From contig NC_068984.1 of NCBI RefSeq assembly GCF_001194135.2, positions 75,480,177-75,544,176 of the forward strand: 64,000 nucleotides of DNA, read 5' to 3'. The notes below the pieces were generated by a model, which saw nothing but the letters and a program-made list of their open reading frames with translations, did not search any database and was not told the DNA's origin. Within the stretch, counting starts at the first letter, position 1, and each line of letters begins with the position of its first letter. Positions 23,780 through 37,764 of the stretch are shown here, in pieces. The translations under genes were made by a program, and so were the position numbers. The DNA is from Octopus bimaculoides. Taxonomy: Eukaryota.

Positions 23780-24340
23780 ATATGTTTATATACATGCATA
23801 TATGGGTACAGGACATAAAAAAAAACATGAATAAATGAGAAACGAAAACATAAAAAACAAAATCATAGAAAACGACCTTATTTTCGAACAACGAAAGAAA
23901 CAAATAGAGAAACGAGACAGGCAACATAAAGAACATTCCCTTCATCAGTTGTCCCCTGTTTTATCTACTCCGCGTTTCGAAGGTAGGAACAAGGCGCAAC
24001 ATCGTTAAAACAGTCTTTCCCACAAAACAAATTAAATAAAATTTGGGATTTTTTGCGAAGGGTTAAAGTGCTAACAAAAACAGGACAGTAAGAACAAAAC
24101 AGTAAAAACAAACGGTGAGGGCTGTTAAGCCAAGACGATGTGAAATGGTGTACGCTGGAAAAACGAGCTTTGAGAAGAGAGAGGTAAAAGTACGTCTTGT
24201 CTTTAAGAAGGAAGTGAAAGAAAGAAAGATAAATAGTCGTTGGTCAGGTATGAGCAATGAGAGAGTCAAGTAGGAGGAGTGAGAAAAATAGAGAGGACGA
24301 ACGGTGAAGGGGAGAGGAGAAGAATAGGGAAAGGGTGGGA
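23780..24340. repeat. Unclassified interspersed repeat, possibly Penelope-derived
   Basis: Distinct non-microsatellite block with minus-strand cgaaacgcg...CTGATGAAGGG and a purine-rich end. Architecture is similar to 21690-22320. Confidence 0.3.
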
Positions 24341-24417
24341 TATATATATATAGATATATATATATATATATAACATCAAAAATACAGACCCACACATTCA
24401 AGACTGTATGCTACATA

Positions 24418-24449
<32 letters not shown>

Positions 24450-25163
24450 AACATAGATGTATGCATGTACTTATATACATGCAAGGATATACATGCTAGA
24501 ATAAAACATACATACATGCTGTATGCATTCATTCATGCATACATATATACATACATAATACATACATGTACGCATTCATACACCCTTGCATACATACAAA
24601 AATGCATGCATGTTTGTGTGCATTCATACATGTATACATATATACATGCAGAATTAAATGTTTTACTCTCCCCCATAGAAGGAAACAATTCAAAAATCTG
24701 AGCACGTCCATAACTTGGCCATACCTATGTGTACCAATCCATATTTCTTTAATCGTATTCACAAACTGTCAACGCCCCCATTGACAGCTCAGTAGATGGG
24801 TACTGAAAACGTATATTGCCAGAAAGTAGAAGAATAAATTCTCAGTTTTTTTAACAATCATCCACTTCCTTTTGCCGATACGTTTTTAAACGCCTTCAGG
24901 CTGCGATTCAGCGGAATTAAATGCATCGCATTTACATGTGCATATGTTCATGAGCCAAGTGCAACAGCCTTCCAAATTGTTTGTACGAAAATAACCACTT
25001 TTGACAATGTCTTATGAATATAATTTTCATGCGTTGCTGATATATATTCGAGTTTGTTTATTTAACTTATTTGCATTTCAAAGATTTTAAATATTGCTGA
25101 AGTTAATAGCATTCTTGTTGTGTTTGTTGCTAAGAAACAAATCATAGTATTTCATATAATTTT

Positions 25164-25380
25164 AAAGCGCTGAGCTGGCTGAATCGTTAGCATGCTGGGC
25201 AAAATTCTTAGCAGCATTTCATCCGTCTTTACGTTCTAAGTTCAAATTCCGCTGAAGTCGACTTTGCCTTTCATCCTTTCGGAGTCGATAAAATAGGTAC
25301 CAGTTGAACACTCGTGTCGATATAATCGTCTTACCCCGCCCCCGGAAAGATATTGGCTTTGTGCCAAAATTTGAAATCAA
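25164..25380 (+). mobile_element. SINE family B
   Basis: gagctggctgaatcgttagc...aagttcaaattccgctgaagtcgactttgcctttcatcctttcggagtcgat. Confidence 0.9.
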
Positions 25381-25600
25381 TGTAACAATGCATCTATCAC
25401 CCTCTCCTGGATCAGTCTCCATTTGTCCCCAGCATCTTATGAAATTGTTTTCCCTTCCCTTGTAACGCTCTAAACTAGAATATGATGTTGACATTAAAAA
25501 TTGCCTTGAGCATTTGGGACTATTGATCAAAACTACGGACTTCTAGCAACCCAGAGTTTGCATCTTAATTGGAATGATTGCAAAAATTTACATGCATACA

Positions 25601-25712
<112 letters not shown>

Positions 25713-26149
25713 AAGAGGAAAAACTGGACAACTTTAGCTACTAAGAACGCCTTTGTGTATAACACATTTACTCTTGGAACTCCGACGGGAGCGATAACCA
25801 ACATAAATATGTGAAAGGTTTTCTAAAATTATGTTCTAGCTTTGATATTGGTGAAAGAAAACTATGTAGAATGGATGATACTAATAGGTCCTTATACTCT
25901 CATCCTCAAATTCTCGCATCAAGAACAAGTGCAGCTATTAAGTAGTAGATTTAATACCACCACAAGGCACTTACGAGGCCTTTAGCAGTATCCACTCTGT
26001 TGTAAACATCCAGGCCAAGTCTCAATTTGAGGCTAACTACTTCCACCCCCACCCACCCTTAATCTCGGAGACCCTGTGAAGAATCAAGGACAATGTCATA
26101 CCAGCGTGACGATGTGTGTTAGGTTATTTAACCCTCGGCAATGGAATAA

Positions 26150-26200
26150 TGTGACACTGATGAAGATTAATCAAATCTGAAATCAGCGCTGATATGACTT
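26150..26200 (+). ncRNA. Hammerhead ribozyme-like motif with palindromic stem III
   Basis: CTGATGA (26157-63), stem II AGATT-aatca-AATCT, GAAA (26179-82), perfect palindrome ATCAGCGCTGAT (26182-93), H17 = A26194. Stem I is only partly paired. Confidence 0.6.
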
Positions 26201-26674
26201 CATCTGGCTTGTGGTAGGGAGAGAGCTTGTCTCTCTTGTCAGTCGTTAGAAAAGTGCTCTCACGCGTGGCTAAGAGTTGTTTTGACTCTTATTTCTAGTA
26301 ATGCTGGTACTCACTAGCACCTTCCGTCACCTTAGTAACAACGATTATACTTGTTGCTTATATAGATATATATATACACACACACACATACATACACACA
26401 CACATATGTATATATATTCATTATATTATATAATATTACATAATGTATATGTGCATATGTTCTTTCGTTCAGATATTTGCTTTAGTTACCACAGACAAAG
26501 TCATGACGCTGCACTGCATTCACGGTAGACTCGCAGATTTTTTATAGCCAAGAAATCTCCATGTTCACCGTAATTAAATGTCAAAAGTACCTAATGGAAG
26601 GAATATATGGAAATAATAATAATAACAATAATAATAATAATAATAATAACAACAACAACAATAATGATAATAAC

Positions 26675-26707
<33 letters not shown>

Positions 26708-26732
26708 CACAGCGGCACCACTAATTGTTATT

Positions 26733-26825
<93 letters not shown>

Positions 26826-26842
26826 TATGATATATGATGTAA

Positions 26843-28443
26843 TCTATATATATAAAAATGAGAATGTGTGTCTGTCTGTCTGTCTGTCTGTCTGTGTGTT
26901 TCCCTAAAACTCGAGAACTACGCAACCAATTTCATTCAAATTTTACACATGCCTTACTTAGGGTTCCAGTTGTGTTTTAGCCAAAAAAAAATTTTTAACT
27001 TCTTGCAGAGTTCGAGCACACGGCAACATAATATCTCTTCCACTATTTAAGTATTACGTGTCATAAGTGAAACAAAAACACTCATGTCAAATACTTTCAC
27101 TTTAAAAATAAAACTATTCCACTAACTGAAACAATCACATTTCGATACTTTAGTGACAGATACTTTCACNNNNNNNNNNNNNNNNNNNNNNNNNNNNNNN
27201 NNNNNNNNNNNNNNNNNNNNNNNNNNNNNNNNNNNNNNNNNNNNNNNNNNNNNNNNNNNNNNNNNNNNNNNNNNNNNNNNNNNNNNNNNNNNNNNNNNNN
27301 NNNNNNNNNNNNNNNNNNNNNNNNNNNNNNNNNNNNNNNNNNNNNNNNNNNNNNNNNNNNNNNNNNNNNNNNNNNNNNNNNNNNNNNNNNNNNNNNNNNN
27401 NNNNNNNNNNNNNNNNNNNNNNNNNNNNNNNNNNNNNNNNNNNNNNNNNNNNNNNNNNNNNNNNNNNNNNNNNNNNNNNNNNNNNNNNNNNNNNNNNNNN
27501 NNNNNNNNNNNNNNNNNNNNNNNNNNNNNNNNNNNNNNNNNNNNNNNNNNNNNNNNNNNNNNNNNNNNNNNNNNNNNNNNNNNNNNNNNNNNNNNNNNNN
27601 NNNNNNNNNNNNNNNNNNNNNNNNNNNNNNNNNNNNNNNNNNNNNNNNNNNNNNNNNNNNNNNNNNNNNNNNNNNNNNNNNNNNNNNNNNNNNNNNNNNN
27701 NNNNNNNNNNNNNNNNNNNNNNNNNNNNNNNNNNNNNNNNNNNNNNNNNNNNNNNNNNNNNNNNNNNNNNNNNNNNNNNNNNNNNNNNNNNNNNNNNNNN
27801 NNNNNNNNNNNNNNNNNNNNNNNNNNNNNNNNNNNNNNNNNNNNNNNNNNNNNNNNNNNNNNNNNNNNNNNNNNNNNNNNNNNNNNNNNNNNNNNNNNNN
27901 NNNNNNNNNNNNNNNNNNNNNNNNNNNNNNNNNNNNNNNNNNNNNNNNNNNNNNNNNNNNNNNNNNNNNNNNNNNNNNNNNNNNNNNNNNNNNNNNNNNN
28001 NNNNNNNNNNNNNNNNNNNNNNNNNNNNNNNNNNNNNNNNNNNNNNNNNNNNNNNNNNNNNNNNNNNNNNNNNNNNNNNNNNNNNNNNNNNNNNNNNNNN
28101 CAAACACTGAAGGGCCCTGCTTCTCACATGGACAACTGTATGTTGGCTGCTCAAGAGTGGGCAGCAAAAGAACCTATTTGTATATGCTCCACAAGGGAAA
28201 ACAAGGAACATAGTTTACAACGAGGTGTTATAATCACAACAGCAAGAAAGTATGTACATGATCACCTTCTTTTACGAAACTTCATTGACTTTCATATATT
28301 TATATTGATATACATATATATACGTGTGTTTGGGTGCGTGTGTGTATATACATCTCTATATATAAAGATAATGCGTAGTCTAGACGGCGTTTTGAGATTT
28401 CATTATTCTCTTTAACCCGGGCAACGCCGGGTATTTCTGCTAG
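26843..28443 (+). mobile_element. Helitron with both termini, probably a non-autonomous deletion derivative; centre hidden by the gap at 27170-28100
   Basis: 5' A|TCTATATATATAAAAATG followed by (GTCT)n. 3' hairpin cccgg-gcaacg-ccggg (28416-31) and CTAG|T (28440-44). PIF1 C-terminus PCFSHGQLYVGCSRVGS and, after a frameshift, NLFVYAPQGKTRNIVYNEVL* (28115-28233). Confidence 0.9.
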
Positions 28444-28662
28444 TATTATATATTATTATTATAAATAATATATCATTTATGTAAGATCAACATAATACCA
28501 ATAACCAATAACAATAACGAAAGTAAAAGTTTGCTTCGCGAAAGAAAACAAACAAGAAATGGAAAAGTGGCGAAATACAAAATTTAGATGAATGTAAATA
28601 CACAAACATAAAGATACACACCTTTTATGTGTGCGTGCGTGAATACATACATATATACATAT

Positions 28663-28693
<31 letters not shown>

Positions 28694-29338
28694 CATATAT
28701 ATTATATATATATATACATATATATNNNNNNNNNNNNNNNNNNNNNNNNNNNNNNNNNNNNNNNNNNNNNNNNNNNNNNNNNNNNNNNNNNNNNNNNNNN
28801 NNNNNNNNNNNNNNNNNNNNNNNNNNNNNNNNNNNNNNNNNNNNNNNNNNNNNNNNNNNNNNNNNNNNNNNNNNNNNNNNNNNNNNNNNNNNNNNNNNNN
28901 NNNNNNNNNNNNNNNNNNNNNNNNNNNNNNNNNNNNNNNNNNNNNNNNNNNNNNNNNNNNNNNNNNNNNNNNNNNNNNNNNNNNNNNNNNNNNNNNNNNN
29001 NNNNNNNNNNNNNNNNNNNNNNNNNNNNNNNNNNNNNNNNNNNNNNNNNNNNNNNNNNNNNNNNNNNNNNNNNNNNNNNNNNNNNNNNNNNNNNNNNNNN
29101 NNNNNNNNNNNNNNNNNNNNNNNNNNNNNNNNNNNNNNNNNNNNNNNNNNNNNNNNNNNNNNNNNNNNNNNNNNNNNNNNNNNNNNNNNNNNNNNNNNNN
29201 NNNNNNNNNNNNNNNNNNNNNNNNNNNNNNNNNNNNNNNNNNNNNNNNNNNNNNNNNNNNNNNNNNNNNNNNNNNNNNNNNNNNNNNNNNNNNNNNNNNN
29301 NNNNNNNNNNNNNNNNNNNNNNNNNNNNNNNNNNNNNN

Positions 29339-29372
<34 letters not shown>

Positions 29373-29380
29373 TGTATGTA

Positions 29381-29625
29381 TTACTAAGAAAATATCAAGG
29401 GTAGAAAATTTAGAGAAATATTCTACCTTTGGCCAGCATGCGTAATAAAGTCAATAGACAACATATTTTTCATATAAATTAGTGTACGTTTTTATACGCA
29501 AAAGAGTTGGATTTGAAAAAATTATAGTTTATATGAAAAATATGTTGTTTATTGACTTTATTACGCATGCTGGCCACCGGTAGAATATATCTCTAAATTT
29601 TCTCCCCTTATTATTTTCATAGTAA
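29381..29625. mobile_element. MITE with ~100-bp TIRs and TA TSD
   Basis: ttactaagaaaat...tggccagcatgcgtaataaagtcaata...catattttcatataa is inverted as ttatatgaaaaatatg...tattgactttattacgcatgctggcca...ttcatagtaa. TA at 29379-80 and 29626-27. Confidence 0.9.
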
Positions 29626-31210
29626 TATTTTCGTAATTTTGAAGAACTTTGGTATGCTGTTTTAATTATTATTATTTGCTACCGATTGTAGCTGTGCTTG
29701 CGCGGTGAATTTTAAAAATTATAATGCATACGAATGGAACACGTGTCTTCAGTGTTACATATATATACATTAATTTTAGCGCCCTTACTGGTGATGCACG
29801 GATAGCAAGTTATTTTATTTGCACATTGATGTTGAAACTCTAGTATAAGGTTAACTAGTGAAATGTTTTTATTTTTCATTCTCTTTGAAATTGCTCTTAT
29901 TCATGGTTTGGGTTTAAACTGCCTTTTCCAGCATGCAAGGTGTCCTATTAAGGTCACCTCTCTTATGTATGAAAATGTACAATAATTTATACATGTGCCA
30001 GAGTTACGGAGTAGGAAAGATCCGGGCAACATGTTTCATAACGAGCGTTCTTCGATACGAAAAAAATCCACAACTTTCCGTCTCAATAAACTAACTATTA
30101 TCTTTGAAAGTTGTTTTTTTTTTGTATTTAGTACGGATTGCTTGAAGCTAGCTTTCTTCCTACACCTCAATCCCTTACATTGCTATATATATATGCATGC
30201 ATACATTTATTTATATATATATATATATATATNNNNNNNNNNNNNNNNNNNNNNNNNNNNNNNNNNNNNNNNNNNNNNNNNNNNNNNNNNNNNNNNNNNN
30301 NNNNNNNNNNNNNNNNNNNNNNNNNNNNNNNNNNNNNNNNNNNNNNNNNNNNNNNNNNNNNNNNNNNNNNNNNNNNNNNNNNNNNNNNNNNNNNNNNNNN
30401 NNNNNNNNNNNNNNNNNNNNNNNNNNNNNNNNNNNNNNNNNNNNNNNNNNNNNNNNNNNNNNNNNNNNNNNNNNNNNNNNNNNNNNNNNNNNNNNNNNNN
30501 NNNNNNNNNNNNNNNNNNNNNNNNNNNNNNNNNNNNNNNNNNNNNNNNNNNNNNNNNNNNNNNNNNNNNNNNNNNNNNNNNNNNNNNNNNNNNNNNNNNN
30601 NNNNNNNNNNNNNNNNNNNNNNNNNNNNNNNNNNNNNNNNNNNNNNNNNNNNNNNNNNNNNNNNNNNNNNNNNNNNNNNNNNNNNNNNNNNNNNNNNNNN
30701 NNNNNNNNNNNNNNNNNNNNNNNNNNNNNNNNNNNNNNNNNNNNNNNNNNNNNNNNNNNNNNNNNNNNNNNNNNNNNNNNNNNNNNNNNNNNNNNNNNNN
30801 NNNNNNNNNNNNNNNNNNNNNNNNNNNNNNNNNNNNNNNNNNNNNNNNNNNNNNNNNNNNNNNNNNNNNNNNNNNNNNNNNNNNNNNNNNNNNNNNNNNN
30901 NNNNNNNNNNNNNNNNNNNNNNNNNNNNNNNNNNNNNNNNNNNNNNNNNNNNNNNNNNNNNNNNNNNNNNNNNNNNNNNNNNNNNNNNNNNNNNNNNNNN
31001 NNNNNNNNNNNNNNNNNNNNNNNNNNNNNNNNNNNNNNNNNNNNNNNNNNNNNNNNNNNNNNNNNNNNNNNNNNNNNNNNNNNNNNNNNNNNNNNNNNNN
31101 NNNNNNNNNNNNNNNNNNNNNNNNNNNNNNNNNNNNNNNNNNNNNNNNNNNNNNNNNNNNNNNNNNNNNNNNNNNNNNNNNNNNNNNNNNNNNNNNNNNN
31201 NNNNNNNNNN

Positions 31211-32369
31211 AACAAAAGACGAAGACAGATATAGGAAAACAAGCAAGTGTATTAGTTTGACGCTCGGGAAAATGAAAAAGTCTTTTATGCTTCGAGACTA
31301 CGCTCTTCAACAGAAAGAAATAAGAGAAAATAAACAGAGAGGATGAAAAGAAAACTTGTAGATTTCAGCGGTCCAGCGAATAATTGGAAATGAGAGGTTG
31401 AAAGAAAGTGAGACAATAAAAAAGAGAGGTAGAATGAAAGGGAGATAATAAAATGCTAGTATTTCTAAGAGGGGGCGCGCGTGCGTTTGTGTGTGTGTTA
31501 TGTAGTGTGTGTGTATTGTGTGTGTGTGCGTGTGTGTGTCTGTCTCTGTGTTGTGTGCGTCTGTGACTAAATAATGTGCATGTGTGTGGTGCATATATAT
31601 TTGGGCGAAAAGCTATCTCTGTCTATGCATATTGCGTGTGTTAACGCGTGTTGTGTGTCTATGTATATATAACCTGTGTTCAGATATTATGTGCTTGTGT
31701 GGGGTGCAAGTGTGCATGATGGTGTGTGTTGTGTGTGTACTGAGTTAAACAGCGTGTGTGGCTGCTCATATAGTGGGGGGGTTTTGTGACGCTATTGAAA
31801 ACTGTGTGGCGGTATGTGGATGATGGTGTGCGGTATGGATGCTGGGAATTGGTCAGTACTAGTGTGCGTGGAGTGGTATGGGATTGGTATCAAATGAGGA
31901 GAGGGGGTAAGGTTAGTGTCAAATGAAGAGAGGAGGTGAGTTGGGCCCATGTGGCGCAAAGGAGCGAAGAGAGAAGATAAATTTCTGTTCACGGCAAAGG
32001 CAGGAGTCCGAATGGCCCCTGTGCAAAGACAGTCCGAACAGAGACAGATGATGTAGCGAATGACTGGTAGAGCGAAAATGGCACGAGACCGGGGTGTGAT
32101 TGCTGAGTCTGACGTCTCGGAGGTGCTCTGCGAACCGGTCAACCAAGCGGCGTCCCGTTTGACCGCTGTACAGCGAAGGAAAGAGAGAGCAGGACATGTG
32201 GTAAATTACGTTACTGGAAGTGCAGGTGACGGAGTCGGTGATGTGATAGGTACGATGATGGGTTGGGATGGGGGTGTTATAGAGGAAGAGACAGGCACGA
32301 CAGCGTGGGTGGAAGCAGGGGAACGAGCCAGGCTGAGACGTGGGGTTAGGGAAGAAACTGTGGACCAGG

Positions 32370-32372
<3 letters not shown>
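31211..32372 (-). mobile_element. Penelope-like retroelement 3' part (GIY-YIG endonuclease, UTR, pLTR), bounded by gaps
   Basis: ORF evidence as in the next feature; pLTR at 31211-31335 is homologous to the 23256-23686 arms. Confidence 0.85.
31919..32372 (-). CDS. Penelope GIY-YIG endonuclease domain (open frame, slightly degenerate)
   Basis: QPGSFPCFHPRCRAC...TCTSSNVIYHMSCSLFPSLYSGQTGRRLVDRFAEHLRD...HF...REQKFIFSLRSFAPHGPN: IY/Y-x-G motifs, conserved R and E, and the CCHH-type cysteines and histidines of PLE endonucleases. Confidence 0.9.
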
Positions 32373-32419
<47 letters not shown>

Positions 32420-32859
32420 NNNNNNNNNNNNNNNNNNNNNNNNNNNNNNNNNNNNNNNNNNNNNNNNNNNNNNNNNNNNNNNNNNNNNNNNNNNNNNNNN
32501 NNNNNNNNNNNNNNNNNNNNNNNNNNNNNNNNNNNNNNNNNNNNNNNNNNNNNNNNNNNNNNNNNNNNNNNNNNNNNNNNNNNNNNNNNNNNNNNNNNNN
32601 NNNNNNNATATATATAGTAAGGAGAATGGAGAATTGGAACGTTCAATCTTTCTGTTTATTTCCAGTTAGTTTATTCATAAGTGGAAATAACCGAAAAGTT
32701 TGAATTCTAAATTCTTCATTCTCCTTACTATCAATATTGTATTTTACACTCTTAGTAGCCATTAAATAAACTGTAACATACGAACTAAAGGAAGTTTACC
32801 AAAAAATACGCACCATCTGAAGGAATTTTACTCAGAGAAATTCGATATCTGCCTCTTCT

Positions 32860-32901
<42 letters not shown>

Positions 32902-34176
32902 GGTCGTGCTGAATTAGATTAGCACCATGGTGGATAACCTATTTTGCATATTTGTATTTTTGTCAGATCGTCATTAATTAAATATTATCCATTTTAAGTG
33001 CAACACAGCATAATGTTTAAATTTAAAATCGGTTCTAATTTATTCTGTATTGTGCATGAAATAGATATTACTTAATTTACGACTAAATTTGAATAATTAC
33101 AATTTCAACCCCATTTTCAGAGAAGAGAAGTAAATTAACTGAAAGGGATAACTCTAATATCCCTAAGTGAAATGACAGTAATTAACATCAAACTAAAATT
33201 GCTATTAATTATTTAAGTGAGCCAACGAAAAATGGAGCAAATTAAATGTTATCGTAATTTAAGAAGGAATAATGTAGATATTATAGAAGTAAATGAAATT
33301 AATTTAGAATTATTAAAGCAGAATAACTGAAAGGAAAATAGTTTCAATCCTAGCAAATGACAATCAGGATAACTTCCAGTCATGCTTATCAAACGGAGAT
33401 GTTTAGTTCAAAGTCGTACAGACTTAAATTAAAATATCAAGTTTCAAGTCATAAAATCGAATACTTACAAAAAGCAGTCTGTACTGTTTCTTATCCAGGG
33501 TGAGTTACCGTAGAGTAGGAAGGAATTCTTTGAATGCATTAGTATGAAAATTTGTTGGGCAAACTCTTTGCAAATTGCAGTGCCGTTAGGAAATTTTTTC
33601 CGATCGACGGATAGAATTCTACAATGTCGAGGTGCAGAAATTTGTATAACTTTTGTTCGTTATATTGTTAATCCATGCAGTCGGTGGCAGATGTATTAGT
33701 GTTCCATTACTGAAAGGGCAGACAATTAATTAAATGAAAGTGCAATATACGACAGTTTTGAATTATTTGAAAGGTAATGAAAGGCATAAGAAGAATAGAA
33801 ACTAGTCGAGTCAATTCTACTTACTTTCCTCATAAAGAGGTAAAAACAAGGGGTGTAAACATTTCGTTTATTTTTGACATCGAGACAAATATTTTGTCTT
33901 TCAAAACAGGTTAACGTTATATTACATACATTACACAAACTTACATATCTATCAATCTATCAATCTAGAGAGAGAGGGGGGAAGACAGACCGACTGATGA
34001 ACGGTATAGATATGCACGCCCCTAAGAAGAAAGGTTTTGTTGCCAATGTTGTATTGAAAACATGGCGGTCTATGTTCAAGTGTTTTAACATCAATAAAAT
34101 ACGTTAAAGTAAAACACAGTCAATGTATGAATATCAATGTATGTCTACATGCATTGCGTTGTGTGTATGGCAGGGC

Positions 34177-34209
<33 letters not shown>

Positions 34210-34225
34210 TATATTCACACACACA

Positions 34226-34314
<89 letters not shown>

Positions 34315-34788
34315 GTACATGTTAGAGCATTTCTATTGTTGCTCAATGAGTTAGTATTCGAGCCACTGAGATTTCTCTACCCAGTCCATCAGTCCATGCT
34401 GTGCTGCTTCACGTATAAAACGAACACGACAGGACACCAGTCAGTGCATAGTCAAAACCTAAAGCGTATTGAATATTATTAACATCCATATTCCAAACAA
34501 GAGTAGAATATTAAAATTCGAAAAATAAAAAATCTAAAAGAGTTATAGTGTTCGTGAAGATGATGAAGATGAAGATAATGGCTGGGCGGTGGCGGCAGCG
34601 ATGACAACGACGATGGTGACGATGATGACGATGACGACGATGACGAAACGATGACGATGATGATTAAATGATATTCCTTCCACCTTTTTGCCCCTATCTC
34701 TCTCTCTCGCTCTCTCTCTTTTCCTCACTTTCTCTCTCCCTGTCTGTCTCTCTCCCTGTCTCTGTCTCTGTCTCTCTATCTGTCTCTC

Positions 34789-34887
<99 letters not shown>

Positions 34888-35640
34888 NNNNNNNNNNNNN
34901 NNNNNNNNNNNNNNNNNNNNNNNNNNNNNNNNNNNNNNNNNNNNNNNNNNNNNNNNNNNNNNNNNNNNNNNNNNNNNNNNNNNNNNNNNNNNNNNNNNNN
35001 NNNNNNNNNNNNNNNNNNNNNNNNNNNNNNNNNNNNNNNNNNNNNNNNNNNNNNNNNNNNNNNNNNNNNNNNNNNNNNNNNNNNNNNNNNNNNNNNNNNN
35101 NNNNNNNNNNNNNNNNNNNNNNNNNNNNNNNNNNNNNNNNNNNNNNNNNNNNNNNNNNNNNNNNNNNNNNNNNNNNNNNNNNNNNNNNNNNNNNNNNNNN
35201 NNNNNNNNNNNNNNNNNNNNNNNNNNNNNNNNNNNNNNNNNNNNNNNNNNNNNNNNNNNNNNNNNNNNNNNNNNNNNNNNNNNNNNNNNNNNNNNNNNNN
35301 NNNNNNNNNNNNNNNNNNNNNNNNNNNNNNNNNNNNNNNNNNNNNNNNNNNNNNNNNNNNNNNNNNNNNNNNNNNNNNNNNNNNNNNNNNNNNNNNNNNN
35401 NNNNNNNNNNNNNNNNNNNNNNNNNNNNNNNNNNNNNNNNNNNNNNNNNNNNNNNNNNNNNNNNNNNNNNNNNNNNNNNNNNNNNNNNNNNNNNNNNNNN
35501 NNNNNNNNNNNNNNNNNNNNNNNNNNNNNNNNNNNNNNNNNNNNNNNNNNNNNNNNNNNNNNNNNNNTATATATATACATATATATATTCATACGTGTGT
35601 GCGTGTGCGTTTGTGTATGTGTGTGTGTGTAATGGGGTAA

Positions 35641-36270
35641 ATATTCCATATTTGTTTCATATAAAGGGTCATTCTTCATATTTGCCCAAATCACATAGAC
35701 ATGAAATCATAATACCACTAGATTATAGCGCACTCTCGGTGATTAACTATCTCGCTCAGGTGGATTAAAAGATGAGCTAAAACTGCGTTTCCTAGGTTCA
35801 TATGCATCTATTTACTATGTAATACCTGACATGTCTTCAAGCAACCCAAACTATATTTACCCTGCATTGCACTTTACATGTATTTCCCACTGCTTTCTGA
35901 AGTAGCTGGTATTTCGCAGTGAAATATATAAAACGTTTGCTTCGTTTTGTTGTCCATTCCTATTCGGTTTCTATACGAACCACTTGTGATGTCGGCAAAT
36001 GCTATATACATTGGCTAAAGAAGTGGCTGCCTTTAATTTAGCATTGGCCGTTGAGAAGGATTTTCACTGAGACATCTAGAGGTAACTGGTGCCATATATA
36101 CCATATTTCCTTTGTGTGATATATTCGAAGCCCTTTATTTGCATTTTAAATTCACATAGACATAAAGTCATAACCCCGACGACCTAATAAGTCAATGTGT
36201 AATCTCAGTGATTAAATATCTTGCTTAGACGAATAAAAGCCGCATCGTTTAGGTTTTATGTGCGTTTGTC
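35641..36270. repeat. Old direct duplication with ~460-bp period
   Basis: tcacatagacatgaaatcataa...ctcggtgattaactatctcgctcagg..aaaag (35691-35771) versus tcacatagacataaagtcataa...ctcagtgattaaatatcttgcttaga..aaaag (36152-36239). Confidence 0.65.
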
Positions 36271-36339
36271 TTCAATATATATGAAATTCTTGCATTTATA
36301 TACCTATTTGCAATTAGGCACATGTTTGTATGTAAATAT

Positions 36340-37290
<951 letters not shown>

Positions 37291-37764
37291 CAAAGTACTT
37301 ATAAGAATAGCTTCAAATTCCTTCGCAAAATTTGCGCGACTTAAAAAAAAAATTTATAATGGATTACGCACTGTTAAACATATTTCCAGGCACGTTAGTA
37401 GACAGAAATACAGAAATAAATCAAGTCAAAAAAATTAAACGACATTCTGCCGCGAGGGAAAGCACAATGCACTTACGAAATATACCTGACATCAAACAAA
37501 TAAATACCGATTATAAAACTGGTGAATGTTTTCTCAAGAAAAAGCTTATAAAACTTATTGCAAAATGTATCAACTCTTATCCATAAATTAGTGTTTGTAA
37601 TAGCAATAGAATCTATGCTTTTAGATCAATAACAGTTTCCTGGTTATTTTTTTTTTCTTTTCCCGATGATATGGGTAGCATATCCTTTTATATTAATTAA
37701 TTGTGTATTTAAAATATGTTATTATATAAATGATGCTTCATGTATTTTAAATAAGTTATTATAT

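Noticed and set aside
23940-23985. Minus-strand GAAAC...CTGATGA as a permuted hammerhead
   Set aside because: Stem I does not pair; kept only as a weak hint of PLE origin.
27150-31346. 300-420-aa ORFs
   Set aside because: Almost entirely X from assembly gaps; the only real coding part is the Helitron PIF1 tail, which is in other frames.
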